Positions 29,624 to 39,300 of a stretch of DNA of 64,000 nt are shown here, one piece after another. This stretch comes from a virus (taxonomy: Duplodnaviria > Caudoviricetes). Positions within the stretch are counted from its first letter, which is position 1; each line of letters starts with the position of its first letter. The stretch spans positions 8,305 to 72,304 of IMG/VR virus record IMGVR_UViG_2884366220_000001. One strand, 5' to 3'. The translations under genes and the position numbers were made by a program. The notes under the pieces are model-generated. The model worked only from the letters and a program-made list of their open reading frames with translations, ran no database searches and was not told the DNA's origin.

Positions 29624-31941
29624 TCCGGATGCTGACACTGCTACTCACGCTCGTAGTGAGCGTGAGTAGCTATGGGCAATTAGCGACGAAGGCGCAGTGG
29701 GGTGTGGCCCGGTCGACGGATAGCCTGAACGAAACGCGTGACGGCTTTCTGCTTGGGCCAGGAGCCGGCCGCTACCTGAAAGTGTTGATTGACTCCAATA
29801 CGGCCAACTTGGTACGTAAGCAGCCGCTACTGACGACCAGTAGTAATGTCGTGAGTGGCACGCTAACGGCCGGTAAAATCTTTCTCCAGGGAGCTACTGC
29901 CGCTGAAACCGCTAGAAACAGCATCCTGCCGCTTCCGGGTGGTGGGGTCGAGTTCGGCGGTAATCCACGGCTTTCAGCTGCGGGCATTGGCGCGGGCGGG
30001 AATCTCGACGTGAAGCCGGACGGCAACCTGTATTTCTTCAGCAACGGTAACAGTAGCCGGTCGCTGTTTCTGCACAACGAAGGTATTTCTGTCAACCGGA
30101 ACACCAACACGGCCCGCGCCGGGTTCGACATCGGCTCAGACGTTTGGGTTGATGGTAACCTGAAACTACCTACCGTAGACGGCCGCTGGTTCGGCTTCGA
30201 TGGCTTGTCTTCCGGTCAAACCGTCCGGCTTCGTATGGGCGACCCCACCGGGGGACTCGATGTAACATCAGGCGCGGGCATGACGGTAAAGGCTTACCAC
30301 GGCATTATCGTACAGAATCAGGCCGGGGGCGCTGGACCAGCGCTGCGAGTCAATGGCTTGTCGAGCGGTCAGAACCTGTTCGAGTTTTACGACGCAGCGA
30401 GCGCGTTACGGGCGTCGCTGTCGCAGGCGGGTATTTTGTCGTTGGGCGCAGGCGGGGGCGTCCGATTCGCTGACGGCTCGACGCAGACGACAGCAGCGGG
30501 TACGGCCGCGCCGATATCTGTTACGATCGCAGCGAGTGAAACGGCCCTATTGAATGCGATCGCAGCGGCTACCGTTCCGACCGTCGTCAGTTGGACCGGC
30601 GTCATAACGCAGACGCAAACGATTGTCATAAATAACAAGACTGAACTGTATTTGGACTGCTACGGTAAGGGCGGGCTCAGTCGATCGAATTCGCCCGATC
30701 AGATTTTGGTAAATGGCAATAACAAAAACGTCGGCTTTCGCGGTATCGCCTTTGTGAACACAAATACAACCGGAACCAACGGTGCGCAAATCCGAATCAA
30801 CGAACAAGGGCCGGAAGACGGGATTTTTATTGAAGACAATACCTTTCTGAACGCAGGCACGAACAATAATTCGATTGCGTCGAATGCGTCAGGCGGGGCG
30901 CAGGACCAGTTCATTACGTCGCACAAACGTTTCTACATTCGCCGGAATACATTCGGCGGTTCGGTTGGCAGCGGTACGGGTATTTCGCGCATGGCGATCG
31001 AATTACTTAATCACTCAGCAGACGGGCCGGGGCCGATTCAATACTGCGAAGAATTTGTAATTGAGGATAACAAAATTTACAAACCGGGTACGGGTAGCGA
31101 CGACGGTTTCGGTATTTCGTTGTCGGGTTTGATCCGTAAAAGCCGGATCAAAGGGAATACAGTTATTGACGCCGAACGGTATTCTATCGAAATCGTTTTG
31201 GGGGCGAATATTCTCGTCGAGGATAACACGGTCATCGATATTGACAACTCGTCAGTAGGCATTAGCATTTCTAACGGCTATAAAGCTGAAAACGCAATAC
31301 CGGCAGGCGCAAATCAGAATATAATCGTAAACCGGAACCGGATAAACGTAAAACAACGGGCGATCCTAGCGTACTACGTCAGCAATTCGATATACACGCG
31401 AAACATCTTCAAAAGTCAGCAGCGTAACGAGTTTATTGGGAATGAAAACGTTTTCGCGAACAATACTATCGACGTTTACAACGACTGGAACGCCTTGTAT
31501 TTTGCCCGTTCGAGCCGAAACAAGATCGTCGATAATACAGCGACGACGTACTATCACGGTAACGGCATTTACACGTCGTCAGTTATATTCTTTGACGCCG
31601 GATCAAACGACAGTTACGTGCGTCTGAACACGCTCACGCGGCCGACGAATTCGTATAACGTTCACATTGAACAGGCCAGCGGAACAAGCAACGACACCGG
31701 GGCGGGGTTCCAGTCGGCAACCAATACGCTTAACACCTACGCGGAGAAACGACCTAACACCCTGGGGAATGACCAGATACAAGTCGCAACTTACCAGGAT
31801 ATGATTAACCTGGGCACGGTCACCGTGTCGACTACCGTCTACGTCCTTGCCGACGAGAAAAATAATCCCGGCGCACTGAGTGTGTACACGCTGCTACCAT
31901 CGGGCAAACGCGTTCGGTTTGCCGCCATCGAAGACAATTAA
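29620..31941 (+). CDS. Signal-peptide-bearing fibre with right-handed beta-helix (depolymerase-like)
   Basis: MLTLLLTLVVSVSSYG|Q; GGVRFADGSTQTTAA; repeated I..N.F/I parallel beta-helix rungs. Confidence 0.7.
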   Translation: MIRMLTLLLTLVVSVSSYGQLATKAQWGVARSTDSLNETRDGFLLGPGAGRYLKVLIDSNTANLVRKQPLLTTSSNVVSGTLTAGKIFLQGATAAETARNSILPLPGGGVEFGGNPRLSAAGIGAGGNLDVKPDGNLYFFSNGNSSRSLFLHNEGISVNRNTNTARAGFDIGSDVWVDGNLKLPTVDGRWFGFDGLSSGQTVRLRMGDPTGGLDVTSGAGMTVKAYHGIIVQNQAGGAGPALRVNGLSSGQNLFEFYDAASALRASLSQAGILSLGAGGGVRFADGSTQTTAAGTAAPISVTIAASETALLNAIAAATVPTVVSWTGVITQTQTIVINNKTELYLDCYGKGGLSRSNSPDQILVNGNNKNVGFRGIAFVNTNTTGTNGAQIRINEQGPEDGIFIEDNTFLNAGTNNNSIASNASGGAQDQFITSHKRFYIRRNTFGGSVGSGTGISRMAIELLNHSADGPGPIQYCEEFVIEDNKIYKPGTGSDDGFGISLSGLIRKSRIKGNTVIDAERYSIEIVLGANILVEDNTVIDIDNSSVGISISNGYKAENAIPAGANQNIIVNRNRINVKQRAILAYYVSNSIYTRNIFKSQQRNEFIGNENVFANNTIDVYNDWNALYFARSSRNKIVDNTATTYYHGNGIYTSSVIFFDAGSNDSYVRLNTLTRPTNSYNVHIEQASGTSNDTGAGFQSATNTLNTYAEKRPNTLGNDQIQVATYQDMINLGTVTVSTTVYVLADEKNNPGALSVYTLLPSGKRVRFAAIEDN

Positions 31942-31954
31942 CCGCATAACGTCC

Positions 31955-33145
31955 ATGAAAAAAGCACTAATTATAGCCCTGCTGAGTCTGGCCACCCTCA
32001 GCGCATTTGCTCAGTTCCCCGTCGATCAGGCCCGGCCAGGTCGGGTGTACACATCGATTAAAGACCTGGCCCAATCGGAAGGGCAGGAATATTACCTCGG
32101 TAGCCGGGGGAAAATCGTCGTCACCGGTACGGTGTCGGCCACGTCGACCAGTGAGGTCAGCTATACGTTTACCTCCGGCAACCTGCCCAGCTACTTCGCG
32201 CCGGCCGGCATCGTGGTGCTGCACACGATGGATTACCGGTTCGACACCAAAATCAAAGGGTACTACTACACCCCGTTCGGTAACTCATCGACGTTTGCGA
32301 CCTACACCAATACGCAGCCGTTTTTCAGCGCCAACGCCAACGAACGACTGACCCGCCCGGTTAGTCAGTACCTGCTCCCCACCCAGTCGCCGACGGCCGC
32401 CGTGCTGACCGAAGCCGCCATCCCGGTTAGTAATACCGCAACCTTACCAACCATCGGATCGACCCAGTCGCTGACCATTGGCTACGAAACGGGCTGGTAC
32501 GGTAACCTGATCTGGGACATGAACATTGGAGCCAGTAAGTGTGTCGACATCTGGGGCGATAGCATCTGGAATGCGGTGGGCCCTACCACCTGGTCGAATA
32601 ATTTCGCCTACCTGTTGCGGGATTATTTTACCGACAAGGGCTATAACTACCGGCTCAGAAACCGCAGTGTGTCCGGCTCGACCACGCTCGATCACCGCAA
32701 TTTCTGGTACGCGGGCCGAACGCTGGCTGACCCCCCGGCGGTGGTATTTATTCCGCTCGGCACCAACGATCCGGACGCGATGAGTACCAGCGACAATATT
32801 TTGTACCTGGTCAACAAAGCCCTTACGACCTACACCACGCCGACCAACAAAGTGCGGGTTGTCGTGTGTGGTATCCTGCCCAAACTCAACAGTACCGCCG
32901 AAACCACCGCGAGTAATAAGCGCAGTGCGATTAAATCGGCGCTCGAAGGCCACGCCAAGTATAACTCGCAGGTTTTCTATGTCAACTCCCTGACGACCGC
33001 CTGGACGGCGACGACGGCCAGTAACTATCTGGCCGATGGTGTTCATCCGGTCGACGCGGCCGAACTGACTGCTTGGGGCTTACTGAAGACCTGGCTCGAT
33101 GGCTACAACGTGACCGGCGGCAATACCATTTTTTCGGCCCGTTAA
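31955..33145 (+). CDS. Signal-peptide-bearing SGNH/GDSL hydrolase
   Basis: MKKALIIALLSLATLSAFA|Q; GDS, SVSGS, LGTND and DGVHP blocks. Confidence 0.8.
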   Translation: MKKALIIALLSLATLSAFAQFPVDQARPGRVYTSIKDLAQSEGQEYYLGSRGKIVVTGTVSATSTSEVSYTFTSGNLPSYFAPAGIVVLHTMDYRFDTKIKGYYYTPFGNSSTFATYTNTQPFFSANANERLTRPVSQYLLPTQSPTAAVLTEAAIPVSNTATLPTIGSTQSLTIGYETGWYGNLIWDMNIGASKCVDIWGDSIWNAVGPTTWSNNFAYLLRDYFTDKGYNYRLRNRSVSGSTTLDHRNFWYAGRTLADPPAVVFIPLGTNDPDAMSTSDNILYLVNKALTTYTTPTNKVRVVVCGILPKLNSTAETTASNKRSAIKSALEGHAKYNSQVFYVNSLTTAWTATTASNYLADGVHPVDAAELTAWGLLKTWLDGYNVTGGNTIFSAR

Positions 33146-33152
33146 AACGCCC

Positions 33153-33209
33153 GTCATCACGCCCGTCACGAACCGCCCGAACTGGATCGACCAGCTTCGG
33201 GCGGTTTTT
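33153..33209 (+). promoter_or_regulatory. Late promoter copy 6 fused with terminator hairpin; direct repeat 2
   Basis: 18-mer at 33153-33170, CAGCTTCG at 33192; hairpin plus T-run. Confidence 0.8.
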
Positions 33210-33223
33210 ATTTCTGACGACTG

Positions 33224-33718
33224 ATGGAATCCTTTCTCTTGTTGTTTATCGCCCTTGTGCTGGCGCTCCTATTTTTTCCTGCTGGCATTCTGACCACGCT
33301 GATCCGCTCACTGATTCGCTGGAAACGGGTTTCCTTTTCTGCATACATCGCGCAGGCCGCCCGAAGCCTTGCGCTCAGTATCGACCGGATGGGTAACGTC
33401 GTTTGCAGTGATCTGCTGGAACTGACAATGACCCGCGATACGGGTAATTACCTGTTCGGAAATAGTGTGGAGACAATCAGCCTAGTGCTTGGTATGAACA
33501 AGCACCTGGGGACGCTTACCCGATTCGGTACCGGCTTAGCCTGGTTGCTCAATCTCATTGACCCCGGCCACGTAGAGCGGGCCGCTGGTATGCCCATTAT
33601 TCCACCACCAGACCCCTCACAGGTGCTGATTCGCGCCTTTCTGAAGCAGTACTGGAAACCCGCGTTGGCTTTTGCGATCGGAGTTTTGACCGTTCACCTG
33701 ATTCTATACATCCTATGA
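33224..33718 (+). CDS. Phage membrane protein
   Basis: N- and C-terminal TM helices; IDRMGN...FGNSVETISLVLGMN...IDPGH core. Confidence 0.65.
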   Translation: MESFLLLFIALVLALLFFPAGILTTLIRSLIRWKRVSFSAYIAQAARSLALSIDRMGNVVCSDLLELTMTRDTGNYLFGNSVETISLVLGMNKHLGTLTRFGTGLAWLLNLIDPGHVERAAGMPIIPPPDPSQVLIRAFLKQYWKPALAFAIGVLTVHLILYIL

Positions 33719-35784
33719 TCGGTATCACCAACGATCAGGGGCTTAGGCTGGAGCTTTTTTCAAACCAGAACCTGGTCACTGAACAGGTTGCCGCCTGGCT
33801 CGTCGACGACGAGTTGCCCGGCGAATTTTCTTACCCCATCGACGCGCCTCTGACGGAGAATAATCAGCGGTTCGTTGCCCACGGCTACCGGCCCGATTCG
33901 GCATCCCCGCGCCTGATCATGCCGGTAACGGTGTCGTTTGGTGGTATCCTGTACCGTCGGTGCCAGCTGGCCTACAAACTCCAAAATGGGAAATTGAACG
34001 CCTATCTGAAGATCGACAGCGCCGAAGTATATGATAAACTTCGTAAGCTGAGTTTGCAGGAAGCCCTGGCCACGCCGATCCGCATTGGTGATGGTGTCGT
34101 TGGGGCAGTAAACGGTATCGCCACCGTGCTACCGCTCAACGAGCGGCTGACTCAGGTTGCTGCGGCACCGCCCGGCACGTGCGCGTTCGCGGTGTTCCCC
34201 ATTCGTAACGAAACATTCTTCGAGGACGACTGGCGAATGAAGGTACCAGGAGCCATTCCTGATCCCCAGCCGTATGTTAACTGGTTCACCAAGACCGGCA
34301 GTAATGGGGTAGGTAATTTCGTGGCCGACTACCAGTTCGGCGACGGGGTAGTACGTGGGTACCCGATTTGTCCTCAGCTATATCTTTGGTGGGTACTGGA
34401 GCAGCTGATGCTACTCGCTGGCTACCGGATCGAATCGGATTGGCTCGCCCAGGAAGCCATTCAACGATTGTGCATTCTGAACCTGACGGCGCTTCCGATC
34501 ATCGAAAACAAAACGCTCGATGAAGCCTTCGGCGGACGACGCTTTATTCCCGGCCAGTGCCTGCCCGAGATGGACGTGTCGGAATTTCTGAAGGCCATCA
34601 AACAGCGATTTGGTTTGTGCTTCACCTTCAATGCCAATACGCGGATCTGCACCATTGCCCAGTTCGTCGGCGCCGTGGCCCAGGGGCCAGCCGGCAACCT
34701 GACTTCCTACCAGGCTGGTTCGTACGATACGGCCGAGCCGGACGGCCGTGGTTTTGCCGTAACGGAGTACTTCGACCCCGCCGACGAGCTATACAAAGAT
34801 GCCAGGGGCCAGACCATTCAGCCCGACCCAATCATTATAGGCAAGGGGGGACAGCCGATCAGTATGAAAGTGGGCACCTGCCAGTCGATCTATACCGATT
34901 CGACGGTCAGCAACGGAAAGTGGCAGGTACCCACCGTCCGGCAGGCGGGCAACCTGCTCGACCCGGCCTACAGCGCATCGGATCGGTACCTCGATCAAAC
35001 CGGGAAGCGTCGTAATAACGTGGGCCTGCGCCTGCTGAGCTACGAAGGAATGCAGCAGGACAGCACCGGGGCCTACTATCCCTTCGCGTCGACGGAAGTC
35101 TGTGAGCTGGCTGGCCGGAATGGCATCTGGCTTAAGGGTCTCCGGCAGTATTACTATTTCCGGGATCAGACGCAGCGGATTACCCAGAAGATGCTGCTAC
35201 CGGCACCAGTCCTGTCGACCATGCAGCTGCACCGCAGTTACAGTTTGAGTCTGAACGATAGAATCCGGCGGGCGTATCTGATCACGAAGCTACAGGCGGA
35301 AGCCCCCGGCCCGGAGGGGAAACTCACGGCGCGGCTGGAATGCCAGACGATTCCTTCGGGTATCGATCAGGCGGCCGACGTCGACGAGGCATTCGTTTAT
35401 CTGGAGCTGGTCAACGAAACCCAGAAGCAGCTAGCCGGGCCAACCTCATCCGTGATCAACGCCAATTTCTACGATCAGACCAAATTGACCGTCAAGGTGT
35501 GGGCCGATCGGAATAAGACCAGGGCGGCCATTGTCGGCAAGCTACCGGTCAAACTGCGCTTCCTGAAGAGTTGGCCAGTCAAGAAAAACATCACGCAGCT
35601 GGAGGCCGGGCAGGTCCGCACGGTCAACTACCTGGAAACCGTTACGACCTACGACATCGTCGGCTCGCAGATGGTGATCGAGCCGGCGCTAAAAACCTAC
35701 CTGTTTCTGACGGGTGAGAACGTGTGGGAGGAGTTTCAACTAGTGGTTCAGCTTGATCCGGGGGAGGGGTACGGTATACTATGA
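33715..35784 (+). CDS. Tail hub/central tail tip protein
   Basis: GEFSYPIDAPLTENNQR and LPEMDVSEFLKAIKQRFGL motifs typical of siphophage tail proteins. Confidence 0.65.
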   Translation: MIGITNDQGLRLELFSNQNLVTEQVAAWLVDDELPGEFSYPIDAPLTENNQRFVAHGYRPDSASPRLIMPVTVSFGGILYRRCQLAYKLQNGKLNAYLKIDSAEVYDKLRKLSLQEALATPIRIGDGVVGAVNGIATVLPLNERLTQVAAAPPGTCAFAVFPIRNETFFEDDWRMKVPGAIPDPQPYVNWFTKTGSNGVGNFVADYQFGDGVVRGYPICPQLYLWWVLEQLMLLAGYRIESDWLAQEAIQRLCILNLTALPIIENKTLDEAFGGRRFIPGQCLPEMDVSEFLKAIKQRFGLCFTFNANTRICTIAQFVGAVAQGPAGNLTSYQAGSYDTAEPDGRGFAVTEYFDPADELYKDARGQTIQPDPIIIGKGGQPISMKVGTCQSIYTDSTVSNGKWQVPTVRQAGNLLDPAYSASDRYLDQTGKRRNNVGLRLLSYEGMQQDSTGAYYPFASTEVCELAGRNGIWLKGLRQYYYFRDQTQRITQKMLLPAPVLSTMQLHRSYSLSLNDRIRRAYLITKLQAEAPGPEGKLTARLECQTIPSGIDQAADVDEAFVYLELVNETQKQLAGPTSSVINANFYDQTKLTVKVWADRNKTRAAIVGKLPVKLRFLKSWPVKKNITQLEAGQVRTVNYLETVTTYDIVGSQMVIEPALKTYLFLTGENVWEEFQLVVQLDPGEGYGIL

Positions 35785-36266
35785 GTGAGTTAGCCACTGC
35801 CTACCGGTATCTGGACATCAACCAGAAGATTAACCTCAAAACTGTCGTCAGTAAATGGCTACAGTTTGCACGTGAACGATTCGGAGAGGATCTGGAGAAG
35901 TTCGTTTACAATCGTAAACGGTCGAGTCGGAAGCGCCCCCTGCGCCGTAGTTACAGACTTAAATCAGATTGGAGCACAGGCATGAATATGAGCGGAAACG
36001 ACGTCAATTCTGCCTTTCTAAGTTTCCTGCTGTACGGTCGGTTTGTTGACATGGGCGTAGGAAAAGGGACCGACTACGCGACGAGCCAGTACCAGAAGGT
36101 CAGGAAGAACGGCGAACCTCGCAACCGCAGGCCCGCCCGCTGGTATGCCAAGCGAAAGGGCTACGAAACCCACCGATTGCGCGAACTGCTCGTGGATCAC
36201 TACGTGAGCATCCCAATCACCACTATTGAAAATGCGCTGACCGGTAGTGTCAGCATCAGCGTGTAA
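35781..36266 (+). CDS. Neck/tail completion protein
   Basis: Basic protein; FLLYGRFVDMGVGKG motif. Confidence 0.55.
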   Translation: MSELATAYRYLDINQKINLKTVVSKWLQFARERFGEDLEKFVYNRKRSSRKRPLRRSYRLKSDWSTGMNMSGNDVNSAFLSFLLYGRFVDMGVGKGTDYATSQYQKVRKNGEPRNRRPARWYAKRKGYETHRLRELLVDHYVSIPITTIENALTGSVSISV

Positions 36267-36333
36267 TCGACGGCACGCACCACCACAGCACTAGTTACAG
36301 GGCCTCACCGCAACGCTTAAACCAAGCAGTACG

Positions 36334-39300
36334 GTGGCTAGAACCCAGAATGAACGCGCCATTATTGACCTCGTCATTAATGGCCAACAGGCAAAAACCA
36401 GCCTGAAAGAAGTGAGCCTGAGCATCACCAAGATGCGCTCGGAGCTGAACAAAATGCATGAAGCGGACGACCCCGCTTTATACGCTGCCAAAGTCCGGGA
36501 AATCAATAAAATGATTGCGGCCCAGCGGGAGATGACCGCCCGCATCAATGACACCAGCACTGCCTGGGGCCGCTTCAAGAAAGAAATGGCGACCGTGGCC
36601 ACTGGTGTCGTCGGTGGCAACGTGATCACGTTCATGCTGCAATCGCTGGTCAATCTGATTCCGCAGACAATCGACCGGACGATGAAGCTGAAGGATTCCT
36701 TCGCCGACATCGAAAAGGCAACTGGTCTGAGCAGTGAAGGGGTGAAGCGACTCAATAAGGAGTTGAAGGACATCGACACCCGCACGACCAACCAGGATCT
36801 GCGCGACATCGCCGTGGCGGCCGGTCAGTTAGGGGTTGCCAACGATCAGCTGGTTTCGTTCGTGAAAAACGCCGATATGGCCGTGGTCGCGTTAGGCGAT
36901 GAATTTTCGGGTGGTGTCGAGCAGGTAGCCAAGGAGTTAGGCGGTATTGCCAAGCTGTATAAGGAAACGCAGGCGATGGATACCGGCGAAGCCCTCAGCC
37001 GCATTGGTTCGGGGTTGAACGAACTGGGAGCCGCCGGATCAGCGACCGCCCCAGTGGTCGCGGAGTTCGTGCAGCGCATGGGTCAGCTGGGCAATCTGGC
37101 ACCGAGCCTGGCACAAACGGCCGGTTACGGTGCCGCCCTTCAGGAACTGGGAATGACGGCCGAGATTGCCGCCAGCGGACTCGGTAAAATCCTGATGACC
37201 GGCGCGACCAAATCAGATCTGTTTGCTCAGCATCTGGGAAAAACGAAGGAAGAAGTCGAAGCCCTCATCAATACGAATCCGGATCAATTCCTGAAGGCGT
37301 TGGCCCTGTCGTTTCAGGGACTTTCGCAGACGCAGGTCGTGCAGCGCATGAAGGAACTGAAGCTGGAGTCTGACGAGTCGATCAAGGTGATGTCGTTGCT
37401 GGCCAACCAGACGGATTTCGTAACCAAGAAGCAGGAGATCATGGCGTCGGCTTTCGCCGAGAATACCAGTCTGGCGAAAGAATTTGAGAAGAAAAACTAC
37501 GATCTGGCGAAGGAGCTGAAGAACCTGACCGAGTGGTTTAATGGCCTGTTTACCAGTGAGGGGTTGCAAAACTTTCTGGCAGAAGCTGTTCACAATACCC
37601 TCGAATTCACGAAGTCACTATCGACGGCGAAACGCTGGTTTGGCGAAAACAGCGTAGCCCTGTATGCATTGGCGACAGCGGCCGTAGCTTACAACGGGGC
37701 AACACTGGCCGCCGTTGCCGCCACGGCCCTCGACACCTTGCACCAGGGCTACCGGAAAGTGGCCTACGAATTAGGCTTCCGTTGGCTGGTATTGCAATCG
37801 TCGGCTAGTACCGCTTACGCTACGGTGACGGGTTTACTGACCGGTCAGATCACGCTTCAGACGGCCGCTGTTACGTTGGCCCGCACGGCCTGGGCTGCAT
37901 TCAACGCCGTTATGCTGGCCAACCCACTTGGGGTTGTCATTGCAGGTCTGGCAGCCGCAGCCTACGCAATCAAAACGTTGTCGGATAATACCGAAGCCGC
38001 CCTGCGCATCGAGCGGGAAAAAATCAACCTGACCCGCGACCTGGCTAAGTTCCACGAACAGACCAACAAGGTCGTAGCGAAGTACAACGAACTGCTGGCG
38101 GAGTATCCGAAACTCAGTCAGGAAGAGCGGGCCGAAATGGTTAAGAATCTGGCCATGAAGCGGCTGGAACTGGAAAGTCAGCTGACGCAGCTGAAGGCCC
38201 GCGAACGGCACATGGAGATGCTTTCGGCCGAGCCGACACTGTGGCAATATCTGTGGGCTACAATCAAGAACGGGGGCAATGGCGCGATGATCGGTAATGC
38301 ACTGGTCAAGCAGGCGGCCGACAACATGAAGGCAGTTCGTCAGCAGTTTGCCGGTGGTATCGAGCAGTTGCAGGGTGACATCAAAAAGGTCGACGACATC
38401 TTTCTCAAGATGGGATCGTACAACAAACCAGCCGGTGCCACTGGCCTGCGCACAATCGAAGATGATACGGAGAAAAAACAGAAGAAAGACAAGGCCGTAT
38501 CGGACGCAAAACAGGATGCTGACGATCTGGAGCGGATGCTGTCGGATGCCCGGCGCGATGCCCTGAAATCGGAAGAAACCGATTACGAAAAATCGGTCAT
38601 GGCCTTCGCTGCCAAGTACACGAAGATGTATGAGTTAGCGAAGGGTAACCAGGCGAAGATTCAGGAGATCGAACGCTTGTCGCGGGTCGAAATGGCTGCG
38701 ATCGACAAAGCCCGGCAGGAAAAGGAAGCGGCCGAGATGCAGAAGAAACTCGACAAATCGAACCGCGAAGCCTTCGGTAACACGATGGACGTTGCCGACC
38801 AGCGCCACAGCGACGCTATCAGCGGTATCGAGCGTACACAGGCGATGTCGCCCAGCGCCATCGGTGACGCCGAGGTGCACATGCAGAAGTTGCAGGCCGA
38901 TCAGCAGTACCTGACCCAGAAGCTGCTACTCGAGGAAACGTTCGCCCAGCACTCGGCCGACACCCAGCGTCAGCTGACCGAGAACTGGAACGAGCAGGTC
39001 AAGCTGCGGGCCGACACCGAGCACGGCTACGCCGAGCAGATGAAGCAGGCCGAATGGGCTTTGCAGGACGCTAAACGGGCCGCCATGACCCAGGGGCTGG
39101 ATGTGCTGAAAACGTTTCTGGGAAAAGGTACGCTGGCCTACAAAGCCGCCATCGTTGCCCAGAAAGCCTACGCGATCGCGCAGCTGATCGTCGACAACCA
39201 GCGCGAAGTGGCCCAGATCTATGCCAACCCGACCTGGTCACTGATGCCGGACGGGGGGCTGAGTCTGAAGACGGCAGCCGCCACCGCATCCCGGATTCGC

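Noticed and set aside
462-33170. 18-mer repeats as CRISPR or REP elements
   Set aside because: Dispersed, same orientation and fixed distance to -7 boxes, which fits promoters
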